A DNA stretch of 64,000 nt, taken from assembly GCA_037431425.1 (NCBI GenBank), contig GCA_037431425.1_4129.1. One strand, written 5' to 3'. This document shows positions 56,707-63,966 of the stretch, in pieces. This stretch comes from a phage. The notes below the pieces were generated by a model, which was given only the letters and a program-made list of their open reading frames with translations, was not told the DNA's origin and made no database searches. The position numbers were made by a program, and so were the translations under genes. Within the stretch, counting starts at the first letter, position 1. Each line of letters begins with the position of its first letter.

Positions 56707-56890
56707 TCATAAAGATTTCTATTGCAGTAAACTACACAAACAATACAGAGATTCATTTCCCAATGAACCTATGGATATGAATAGTCCCTTTTATAACTTT
56801 GACTTCAGACTGGAGACACGTTATGCAATAGAACATCAATTTCCTGAAACTAAGTACTTATCTATCATGAACCTCATCTTTAAGTTCTAA
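56699..56890 (+). CDS. small tandem-array protein, 63 aa
   Basis: HKDFYCSKL; paralogue of 59918. Confidence 0.6.
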   Translation: MNNHKDFYCSKLHKQYRDSFPNEPMDMNSPFYNFDFRLETRYAIEHQFPETKYLSIMNLIFKF

Positions 56891-56942
56891 AAGGTGCACC
56901 AAGGACAGAGTATTTTAATATAGTAAGGCTAATTACACTACC

Positions 56943-57128
56943 ATGAATCACATAAGCTACTACTACCAACAACTATCCGACAGAGACAAGTACAGTCACA
57001 ACTCCCATGTGTGGTACTACAAACGCGGCAGTATAAGAGACAAACATCATTACTTCAGTGCTGCTATAACAGAAGTACTAACAACTAAGTACACGTACAG
57101 AGCAGTACTGAAACTTATCTCTATATAA
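56943..57128 (+). CDS. small tandem-array protein (LKLISI subtype), 61 aa
   Basis: ends AVLKLISI. Confidence 0.65.
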   Translation: MNHISYYYQQLSDRDKYSHNSHVWYYKRGSIRDKHHYFSAAITEVLTTKYTYRAVLKLISI

Positions 57129-57136
57129 GGTACTAT

Positions 57137-57322
57137 ATGAATACATTTGAGTACTATACCAATAAACTATCTATGCCTGAAAGATCTCATCTCTATGTGT
57201 GGAGAAATGCGTATAAAAACGGAAATAAACTTATACAAAGAAATTCCCTTACAGTGTGTACCAATTTAATTAACGCAGAGTACCGCACATATATTGAAGT
57301 ACTGAAACTCATCTCTATCTAA
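57137..57322 (+). CDS. small tandem-array protein (LKLISI subtype), 61 aa
   Basis: MNTFEYYTNKL..EVLKLISI. Confidence 0.65.
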   Translation: MNTFEYYTNKLSMPERSHLYVWRNAYKNGNKLIQRNSLTVCTNLINAEYRTYIEVLKLISI

Positions 57323-57330
57323 GGTACTCT

Positions 57331-57510
57331 ATGCAAGAATTCTATATCTATAATCTCCAGCACAAAGATAGATACAACTATAATCAATTCCAAAGGTACT
57401 ACACCGTCGGGAACATCAAAGATAAAAAACGATACCTACTATCATGTACTGTAGATGCACAAAACAAAAAGTACACGTACAGAGAAGTACTGAAACTAAT
57501 TTCTATTTGA
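57331..57510 (+). CDS. small tandem-array protein (LKLISI subtype), 59 aa
   Basis: hand-translated MQEFYIYNLQ..EVLKLISI; below track cut-off. Confidence 0.6.
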   Translation: MQEFYIYNLQHKDRYNYNQFQRYYTVGNIKDKKRYLLSCTVDAQNKKYTYREVLKLISI

Positions 57511-57518
57511 GGTAATAT

Positions 57519-57707
57519 ATGAATACTTTTGAGTACTACTTCAATAAACTAAATTCCATAGAACAAAATATGTACAATTCATATATTAAGTACTATCAAT
57601 CATCTGCACCTGGAATTAAAAATATATCAATAAAGATTATCACTAACCGTGTACTGACATCTGAACGTTATATGTATATGGATGCACTGAAACTCATCTC
57701 TATGTAA
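57519..57707 (+). CDS. small tandem-array protein (LKLISI subtype), 62 aa
   Basis: MNTFEYYFNKL..DALKLISM. Confidence 0.65.
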   Translation: MNTFEYYFNKLNSIEQNMYNSYIKYYQSSAPGIKNISIKIITNRVLTSERYMYMDALKLISM

Positions 57708-57717
57708 GGAATAAACT

Positions 57718-57897
57718 ATGAACAATTTCTATATAGAACACATAACCATAAAAGACCGTTTCATGTACGACACCTTCGTGAAGTACTACAACCTCGCAAC
57801 TAACAGTACTAAAAATATCAATCTCAATAGCTGCATACACCAAGCACTAACAAAAGAAAATCCCTTCAGGGAAATCCTTGCACTTGCATCTGTATAA
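57718..57897 (+). CDS. small tandem-array protein (LKLISI subtype), 59 aa
   Basis: hand-translated MNNFYIEHIT..EILALASV; below track cut-off. Confidence 0.55.
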   Translation: MNNFYIEHITIKDRFMYDTFVKYYNLATNSTKNINLNSCIHQALTKENPFREILALASV

Positions 57898-57907
57898 AGG
57901 AATTCAA

Positions 57908-58573
57908 ATGAAACTTAATCCACAAAGTAAACAATACCTTAAGCACTTTAAGTACCTCAACAGTATTCAAGCAGAATCTATTACATCTTCTTATACTTAT
58001 CACCCGAATATACTAAAGAAACGAAATAAAAAGAATAAATCCAGTACAGATCTAGTATCAAAGAACCTCAAATCGTACTTGAAGAAAAATAATATCTCTA
58101 TTCATTGTGCGAATATCTATAATACTGATTTAAAAGCATTGAGTACTAATACCAGCACAAAAACACTAAAGAATACATCTATCTATATCTATATGCACCT
58201 GGATAATATCCCGTGCACTATAATTCTATCTTTCGGGAATGTATACTTCTTCGGGAATTGTAATACCACCCATGATATCCGTACAGCACAATTCCAAATC
58301 GGAGATATGTACTGCATGGGTTCAGAAAAAATACACGATAACATGCATTTCTTCCAACAGCAACGTACAGAAGAAACTAATACAGTACTAGAATTCCTCA
58401 AAGAACTTCAAAACAAAGAATTATCTCAAGAAGAACTATTCATGTACAGCACCGTAATCAATAATCCAGAACTCTACAAAAACGCGTACAATCTAACAAA
58501 ACATGTGCAGGAACTTATTAGTACTAATAAGAAAATTCATCACCTCATGACATATATTGCAAACTATGCATAA
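57908..58573 (+). CDS. long-form EE-x-F-x-ST family protein, 221 aa
   Basis: trimmed to ATG 57908 with AAGGA SD; basic N-terminus; motif SQEELFMYSTV. Confidence 0.7.
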   Translation: MKLNPQSKQYLKHFKYLNSIQAESITSSYTYHPNILKKRNKKNKSSTDLVSKNLKSYLKKNNISIHCANIYNTDLKALSTNTSTKTLKNTSIYIYMHLDNIPCTIILSFGNVYFFGNCNTTHDIRTAQFQIGDMYCMGSEKIHDNMHFFQQQRTEETNTVLEFLKELQNKELSQEELFMYSTVINNPELYKNAYNLTKHVQELISTNKKIHHLMTYIANYA

Positions 58574-58751
58574 AGAATACTACCAAAATAAACTCCCAAT
58601 GCATCTACAACACCTTGTACCAACAGAACCATTGGGTATAGAAAAAGACTACGAAAAAGACTACTTCATTAAGTGCACCAAATCCTCAATAGATATTGAG
58701 GACTATAATCGAGTACTGTATCACATCCTTTTACTAATATATAAGTACTAA
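58566..58751 (+). CDS. small tandem-array protein (IYRY subtype), 61 aa
   Basis: MHKEYYQNKLPMHLQHL..LLLIYKY. Confidence 0.65.
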   Translation: MHKEYYQNKLPMHLQHLVPTEPLGIEKDYEKDYFIKCTKSSIDIEDYNRVLYHILLLIYKY

Positions 58752-58752
58752 T

Positions 58753-58947
58753 ATGAATAATGAATACTATAAAGAATACTACCAAAATAAACTCCCTATG
58801 TATCTACAACACCTTATACCAACAAAACCTATTGGCATAAAAGATCATGAAAAAATAATGTTCCAACAATGTTCTAAGTACATCCTAATAGACGATCACA
58901 ATCCATATATGCTGTACTATATAATAATGCTAACATTCAGGTACTAA
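58753..58947 (+). CDS. small tandem-array protein (IYRY subtype), 64 aa
   Basis: KEYYQNKLPMYLQHL..IMLTFRY. Confidence 0.65.
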   Translation: MNNEYYKEYYQNKLPMYLQHLIPTKPIGIKDHEKIMFQQCSKYILIDDHNPYMLYYIIMLTFRY

Positions 58948-58948
58948 T

Positions 58949-59131
58949 ATGCACAAAGAATACTACACACAATTTCTCCCCAGTATATTTGAACACTACG
59001 CCAGATATAAAGTCCCACTGGATAACGATTTGGCAGTACTCGGATTCAATAACTGCATAGAACGCAGTATAGAAAATAGTAGTTCATATGACCAACTATA
59101 TAACACTATCCTACTTATATTCAGGTACTAA
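58949..59131 (+). CDS. small tandem-array protein (IYRY subtype), 60 aa
   Basis: MHKEYYTQFLP..ILLIFRY. Confidence 0.65.
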   Translation: MHKEYYTQFLPSIFEHYARYKVPLDNDLAVLGFNNCIERSIENSSSYDQLYNTILLIFRY

Positions 59132-59132
59132 T

Positions 59133-59321
59133 ATGTTTAAAGAATACTACGCAAAATATTTCCCAATGTATCTCAGAACTAATCTATTAGATAAACCTCG
59201 CGATATCAATGCTCAAAACGATAAAGTGTACTTTATTATGTGCACTAAAGCATGTATACTAGATCATGACAGCTACCATCGAGTACTCTATCATACACTG
59301 TACCTAACATTCGTGTACTAA
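59133..59321 (+). CDS. small tandem-array protein (IYRY subtype), 62 aa
   Basis: trimmed to ATG 59133; MFKEYYAKYFPMYL..LYLTFVY. Confidence 0.65.
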   Translation: MFKEYYAKYFPMYLRTNLLDKPRDINAQNDKVYFIMCTKACILDHDSYHRVLYHTLYLTFVY

Positions 59322-59331
59322 AGAGAACATT

Positions 59332-59526
59332 ATGCAACACAAGTTCAAAGAATTCTACTTAAGCCGCCTGGAACTAAACTCCCAAATGCTTATACCACTA
59401 AAACCAATAGATATCAAGGATAAGAAAAATACCCAACAATTCATCTACCATACACAGTGTGCTATCTCCCCAGATTATAATACATATAAATTGTACTATA
59501 TCATCGCCCTAATACTCAGGTACTAA
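59332..59526 (+). CDS. small tandem-array protein (IYRY subtype), 64 aa
   Basis: FKEFYLSRL..IALILRY. Confidence 0.65.
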   Translation: MQHKFKEFYLSRLELNSQMLIPLKPIDIKDKKNTQQFIYHTQCAISPDYNTYKLYYIIALILRY

Positions 59527-59528
59527 TC

Positions 59529-59714
59529 ATGTATAAAGAATACTACACACAATTTGTTAAAGAAAACTACAAATATGCCGTCCCCATAAAACCCTTAAAT
59601 GCTAATGACCCAAATACTATATTCCTGTTTAATGACGCAATACGTACAGTACTCAATACTAAAGATGAACAAGTGCAGTACGTATTCTTACTTTTACTTA
59701 TATACAGACACTAA
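59529..59714 (+). CDS. small tandem-array protein (IYRY subtype), 61 aa
   Basis: MYKEYYTQFV..LLLLIYRH. Confidence 0.65.
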   Translation: MYKEYYTQFVKENYKYAVPIKPLNANDPNTIFLFNDAIRTVLNTKDEQVQYVFLLLLIYRH

Positions 59715-59715
59715 T

Positions 59716-59925
59716 ATGAATAAAGTACATAAAGAATTCTATTCCAGATACCTCAGCCTATCAGAACAAATGTTTATAAGATCTACACCACCATTAAGTA
59801 CTGATACTTACTTCGGTAGAGTATGCTACAATAAATGTGTACAAATGACTTTAAACGCAAACGACAATAATAACAGTACTAACCTGTACTCAGGCATCAT
59901 AGGTATACTATTTCTATATGATTAA
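59716..59925 (+). CDS. small tandem-array protein, 69 aa
   Basis: trimmed to ATG 59716; HKEFYSRYLS; paralogue of 56497. Confidence 0.65.
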   Translation: MNKVHKEFYSRYLSLSEQMFIRSTPPLSTDTYFGRVCYNKCVQMTLNANDNNNSTNLYSGIIGILFLYD

Positions 59926-60100
59926 AGAATATAAAGACTTCTACATAAGAAAACTAACATTCGTCCCCGTAAGAATATACAAAGAATGCGACCCAAGATT
60001 ATACCTATGGCACTTCAATGAGTGCATAAAAGATTCTATATACCCTAAGAACTATAAAGAACAATTGTGCTCAGTACTAACACTAGTACTATCATATTAA
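59918..60100 (+). CDS. small tandem-array protein, 60 aa
   Basis: YKDFYIRKL; paralogue of 56699. Confidence 0.6.
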   Translation: MIKEYKDFYIRKLTFVPVRIYKECDPRLYLWHFNECIKDSIYPKNYKEQLCSVLTLVLSY

Positions 60101-60113
60101 TAGAGATAATACT

Positions 60114-60326
60114 ATGAATAAAGAACATAAAAACTTCTATATAAGTAAACTAAAAGAAAATGAACAAGTATGGATTAGATCTATAATAGAACTGGCATTT
60201 AATAGATACGCACTGAATAGATGTACACAGATTGCTATAGACCCTTATCCCATTGAAGAGGATGAAAAGGATGTACAGTACAATCAGTACTACTATATCT
60301 TAATGCTTATATATAGACCTATATAG
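60114..60326 (+). CDS. small tandem-array protein, 70 aa
   Basis: HKNFYISKL..LMLIYRPI; last gene before the noncoding region. Confidence 0.65.
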   Translation: MNKEHKNFYISKLKENEQVWIRSIIELAFNRYALNRCTQIAIDPYPIEEDEKDVQYNQYYYILMLIYRPI

Positions 60327-60340
60327 GAAACTACACAGGC

Positions 60341-60423
60341 GAATTGCTAAAATTCAGCCTGCTATACGTCTGAATTGTTAAAATTCAGCCTGCTATACGT
60401 CTGAATTGTTAAAATTCAGCCTG
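60341..60423. repeat. 31-bp direct tandem repeat, 2.7 copies
   Basis: GAATTG(C/T)TAAAATTCAGCCTGCTATACGTCT at 60341, 60372, and partial at 60403; each unit contains the inverted repeat TGAATT..AATTCA. Confidence 0.9.
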
Positions 60424-60467
60424 GACAAATGCGATCACCAGGATTCTCTCCAGGCTAAACACCGTAG

Positions 60468-60534
60468 TCATAAGTAATCATAAGTAATCATATATAAACA
60501 TTTATATGAGCATTTATAAGCATTTATAAGCACC
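60468..60534. repeat. short tandem decamers
   Basis: CATAAGTAAT x2.5, then GCATTTATAA x2, each block flanked by ACCGTAG. Confidence 0.75.
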
Positions 60535-61027
60535 GTAGAATCACAGAATGATTATATATGATTCAGTACTGCCCCAAAAGTATTCAGTACTGAAGAATTA
60601 CCCCTGAATGATTCAGTACTGATATGCCACTAAGTAGGCAGAGGAAGTCTGCCGTACTTTGTAGTTTCCAAGCTCCTTTTCCATTTTGCAAATTACATCA
60701 AATGTAATCAAAAGTAATCACGTAATGATTAGTACTGAAATATTAGTTTCATCTTTTTTCAAATACCTTTTTACCCTTCGGGGTAAATGTATTTTTACCC
60801 ATTTACCTTTGGGGTAAAATCCCATTACCCCTTGAGGCTCCAGCAAAAAGTTGGAAAGTACTCCATCCTAAATCTCGATCCTAAAAATTTTGGAGTACCT
60901 ATGAAATAAAAGTTGGATCTTCGAAAGTTGAAATTTACGTTGGGACGTTTATGATTTGTGGGATATAATGATGTTTGTAGTCGGGTAGTTCTCAAGAATA
61001 TCAGTACTGAATGGTGAAAGAAAGTTA

Positions 61028-61055
61028 TTGACATTATGATTCAGTACTGTATAAT
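61028..61055 (+). promoter_or_regulatory. promoter TTGACA-N16-TATAAT with AGTACT in spacer, inside ORF-free region
   Basis: read directly; downstream has GNRA hairpin CTGTC-GTGA-GACAG and no ORF. Confidence 0.6.
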
Positions 61056-61435
61056 GTTCTACATAGAGAGATGAGTTGCTGCGAACAATTCATTTACTCT
61101 ACCTCCTGTCGTGAGACAGTACAGAAAAGATAGTTCCTCCTGTGGTGGTACATCTTTTTGAACCTCATATGAAAATCGTAATAACAGTACTGGTATTAAC
61201 AGAATGGTATCAGTACTGACTTTAATCTAATACATTATACCACCAGCTTGTGCTGGTGGATTCCCTCTAACAGTATTCAGTACTACATGATAGTCTTCAT
61301 CCTCCTAGGGTAACATAGTGAGGGCTATTGTGGGAGTACTGAATACTCCTTTCAAAAGATAGAATAATGGTATAGTACCGACGGATTTTGGGCGTAGTTA
61401 CCCTGGGTGTATTTTGGACGTAGATATGTCTAGCC

Positions 61436-61578
61436 CTCCAGAAGTCTGGAAGTAAAGATGGCTATCTATCTAGACGGCTAAACGGCTAGATTTCTAGATG
61501 GCTGTATGGCTAGACGTTTGGATGGCTAAACGGCTAAACGGCTAGATGGTTACACGTCTGGAAGTATAGACGGCTAAA
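61436..61578. repeat. iteron block: 8 GGCTA cores bracketed by direct repeats GTCTGGAAGTA
   Basis: GGCTA at 61460, 61476, 61484, 61508, 61524, 61532, 61540, 61572 (consensus ACGGCTAAA/ACGGCTAGA); GTCTGGAAGTA at 61444-61454 and 61556-61566. Confidence 0.85.
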
Positions 61579-61927
61579 TCAAAATTTTTATTTTGTTTTT
61601 CCAATAGTTCCCCTACCGCGTGAGGATATTTTTTCCCCGCAGTATCTGGAGTTAGATTTTTCTGAATCTGGAATCATTATCTAATAAACTGGGGGCAATG
61701 TCAACCGCCTGGATGAATATTTTTAAAAAATAATCTAGTACTAAATTTTGGGCGTAACTATGCACCCGGTGGGCTTGAGTCTTTCTCGACTTGATGAAAT
61801 AATTATATCAGTACTGAAAAAATAAAGCAATACCCTAAACGCAAAAAAAATTTAATTAATTTGCTTGCTATTCTGGGCCGTACTATGGTACTATTAATTC
61901 AGTACTGAGAAAGTGCTTTTACCTGCT

Positions 61928-61999
61928 AGGGTGCGGGAGTGTATCCTTTTTAAATTTTATGAATTTTGGGCAGATCTCCGCACCCTGTGGGTTAGTGCC
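61928..61999. repeat. GC-rich dyad element (long hairpin), copy A
   Basis: AGGGTGCGGGAG ... CTCCGCACCCT arms around an AT-rich 45-nt core; shares the 16-mer GGTGCGGGAGTGTATC with the 63898 copy. Confidence 0.7.
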
Positions 62000-62210
62000 T
62001 TGTGTCCGGCTTATGTAGTAATTATACGCTTTTTCAGTACTGAGTCAATACCTAAAAACAAAATAATTGAAAATAATTTAACGCGTTTAAACGGCCCGTA
62101 AAGCCCTGGAATGATTAGAATGGTGCAAATGTATAGCTTAGGTGTAATATCTCGTTAGAATGCGACTGAGGCCGTTTTACGGGGTATAGGGATGATTTAG
62201 TGGATTGATT

Positions 62211-62298
62211 CAGTACTGAATAATAGTACTCCTATATAGAAAGATAGTTCCCCTGGATGGTTGCAGTACTGAATAATAGTACTCCTATATAGAAAGAA
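62211..62298. repeat. 35-bp direct repeat x2
   Basis: CAGTACTGAATAATAGTACTCCTATATAGAAAGA at 62211 and 62264. Confidence 0.85.
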
Positions 62299-62329
62299 AA
62301 CTATTTTAAAAAGTATTTGTAGAAAGTAC

Positions 62330-62388
62330 TTGCACCGTACTGATAAAAGCGTATAATGTTTTACATCGAGAGCGGGAGCACTTCCCGC
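62330..62388 (+). promoter_or_regulatory. conserved promoter plus 5' hairpin cassette, copy 1
   Basis: TTGCAC-N16-TATAAT, then TTTTACATCGAGAGCGGGAGCACTTCCCGC (stem GCGGGA/TCCCGC). Confidence 0.7.
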
Positions 62389-62412
62389 TACACATTAAGA
62401 GAGATTAAAACG

Positions 62413-62775
62413 ATGGCGACTCAAATCAATAAAATTATTGCTAACCTGGTTAACTTCCGTGAAGAGATGAAAGGTCTTCCGGCTGAAACGGTAAAAATTC
62501 ACATTTCAGCTTATCGGGAACTTATTGCAATGTTACCGCTTAAGCGTGAACAATACGCCGCTACCGTGATGCTTGATGCGATGATCAATAAGATGATCGC
62601 CAGTGATTTAACGATGGTTTATCAGTACATGGGCGAAAATTTCGCGGTGTCTGGTAAGCCAGTACCAGGGATGGCAACTACTGAGGAATTGCACGGTTTA
62701 AATTTAAAACAAGATGCATGGGATAATATGCCTCGTTTCCTGGTATGGGCTGACAGTGGCAAAATTTACAAATAA
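62413..62775 (+). CDS. hypothetical protein, 120 aa
   Basis: trimmed to ATG 62413 (MATQINK) downstream of the cassette; higher GC than the rest of the window. Confidence 0.75.
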   Translation: MATQINKIIANLVNFREEMKGLPAETVKIHISAYRELIAMLPLKREQYAATVMLDAMINKMIASDLTMVYQYMGENFAVSGKPVPGMATTEELHGLNLKQDAWDNMPRFLVWADSGKIYK

Positions 62776-62789
62776 GTTTAATAAAGTAC

Positions 62790-62875
62790 TTGCCAACTAA
62801 GTTTAAAAGCGTATAATACTTTACATCAGGTGCAACGGGAAGTTTAAAAACTTCCCTATAGGGGAATAGTTCCCC
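62790..62875 (+). promoter_or_regulatory. promoter plus 5' hairpin cassette, copy 2 (variant)
   Basis: TTGCCA-N16-TATAAT; hairpins GGGAAG..CTTCCC and GGGGA-ATAGT-TCCCC. Confidence 0.65.
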
Positions 62876-62896
62876 ACTATATAAGAGGATTAAAAA

Positions 62897-63136
62897 ATGG
62901 CTAAATCAAAAATGTTCTTAGGTCACAAAAACAAAACTCATTGGAATGTAAGCCTTTGGATTAATAACGATGAATCATTATACCGGTTGGCCCTGGACTT
63001 TATTGCCGCTAATACTAATCGCAATGATGCGGCCCGTCATATGATGTTATTTTTAGAACAGACTGGACAAGATAAAACACCGGACGGATTCAAATATAGC
63101 ACTACTGCGATCCGTGCGGCGATGGTTGGAATGTAA
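62897..63136 (+). CDS. hypothetical protein, 79 aa
   Basis: AGAGGA SD. Confidence 0.75.
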   Translation: MAKSKMFLGHKNKTHWNVSLWINNDESLYRLALDFIAANTNRNDAARHMMLFLEQTGQDKTPDGFKYSTTAIRAAMVGM

Positions 63137-63149
63137 TAGAATTTATTTA

Positions 63150-63184
63150 AAGTACTATCGCAAAAAATGATAGTACTTTATAAT
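63150..63184 (+). promoter_or_regulatory. AGTACT-based hairpin abutting TATAAT
   Basis: AAGTACTATC..GATAGTACTT stem followed directly by TATAAT. Confidence 0.5.
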
Positions 63185-63221
63185 AGTGTTTTATTCATAC
63201 ACCAACGATAAGGGCAATAGC

Positions 63222-63488
63222 ATGAATATTAAGTATTTTGCGACGCGTGAACAAGCTCGGAAGGCGGCGAAAGTGGAAGGTGCAACGTTTAAAGATATGG
63301 GCATACAATCGGAACGTGGTAAACGTTGGGCCATTGTAAAGCGTAGTACAGCCAGATCATTACAGTACTGGTTAGCGGCTTTAAAAAGTCCTGCTAGTGT
63401 ATCGCGTCGAGTGGTAGAAATAAAGCTCGACCGTAAGGGGAATCGTGTTACCGTGTACCGTACTAAAAAGATAGCAGTACTTGAATAA
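63222..63488 (+). CDS. basic hypothetical protein, 88 aa
   Basis: trimmed to ATG 63222 with AAGGG SD. Confidence 0.7.
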   Translation: MNIKYFATREQARKAAKVEGATFKDMGIQSERGKRWAIVKRSTARSLQYWLAALKSPASVSRRVVEIKLDRKGNRVTVYRTKKIAVLE

Positions 63489-63495
63489 AAAGAAC

Positions 63496-63554
63496 TTGCA
63501 AACTATGTTTAATGGCGTATAATGTTTTACATCGAGAGCGGGAACACTTCCCGC
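63496..63554 (+). promoter_or_regulatory. conserved promoter plus 5' hairpin cassette, copy 3
   Basis: TTGCAA-N16-TATAAT, then TTTTACATCGAGAGCGGGAACACTTCCCGC; near-identical to copy 1. Confidence 0.7.
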
Positions 63555-63575
63555 CTATAAACTGGAGTAATAAAA

Positions 63576-63806
63576 ATGACTAATATGTATATGACTGAAG
63601 TTAAAACCGTAAAAGATACTACCACGAATAAAACTACTTACTTACAGCGGATCTGCGGTGTATGGCAACGTATCAGCAAATCAAAGTACTATAAATTAAC
63701 ATCATATGCCAATCGTTCGGATTCATTCAGTACTGAAATAAAAGGTAATAAAGTACACCAATACGGCACTTATTATTATTATAGCCTGGACGCGATTGCA
63801 GTATAA
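63576..63806 (+). CDS. hypothetical protein, 76 aa
   Basis: GGAG SD. Confidence 0.7.
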   Translation: MTNMYMTEVKTVKDTTTNKTTYLQRICGVWQRISKSKYYKLTSYANRSDSFSTEIKGNKVHQYGTYYYYSLDAIAV

Positions 63807-63836
63807 GTAGTTTACAAATCTTTACAATTGCCGGTA

Positions 63837-63865
63837 TTGACTTAAAATGTCAGTACTGGCATAAT
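63837..63865 (+). promoter_or_regulatory. promoter TTGACT-N17-CATAAT with AGTACT in spacer
   Basis: read directly; transcribes GC-rich dyad copy B. Confidence 0.55.
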
Positions 63866-63885
63866 GTATCTATTGAAACGAACAA

Positions 63886-63966
63886 TTTGGCCCACGGGGT
63901 GCGGGAGTGTATCTATAGCAAAATTAGTTTAGTATAATTACAATTGTGCACCCGGTGGGTTAGCTG
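63886..63966. repeat. GC-rich dyad element, copy B
   Basis: CCCACGGGGTGC (63891-63902) pairs with GCACCCGGTGGG (63948-63959), 11/12; same 16-mer as copy A. Confidence 0.7.

Noticed and set aside
60341-60534. Possible CRISPR array suggested by short direct repeats
   Set aside because: There are only 2.7 contiguous copies of a 31-bp unit with no intervening unique spacers. The neighbouring decamer repeats are simple tandem duplications, and no cas genes are present in the window.
60825-62101. Track ORFs 60825-61034 (minus) and 61913-62101 (plus) in the noncoding region
   Set aside because: Neither has an SD, and both span repeat elements and promoter or hairpin sequences. Their amino-acid composition is atypical, and the second uses a non-ATG start.
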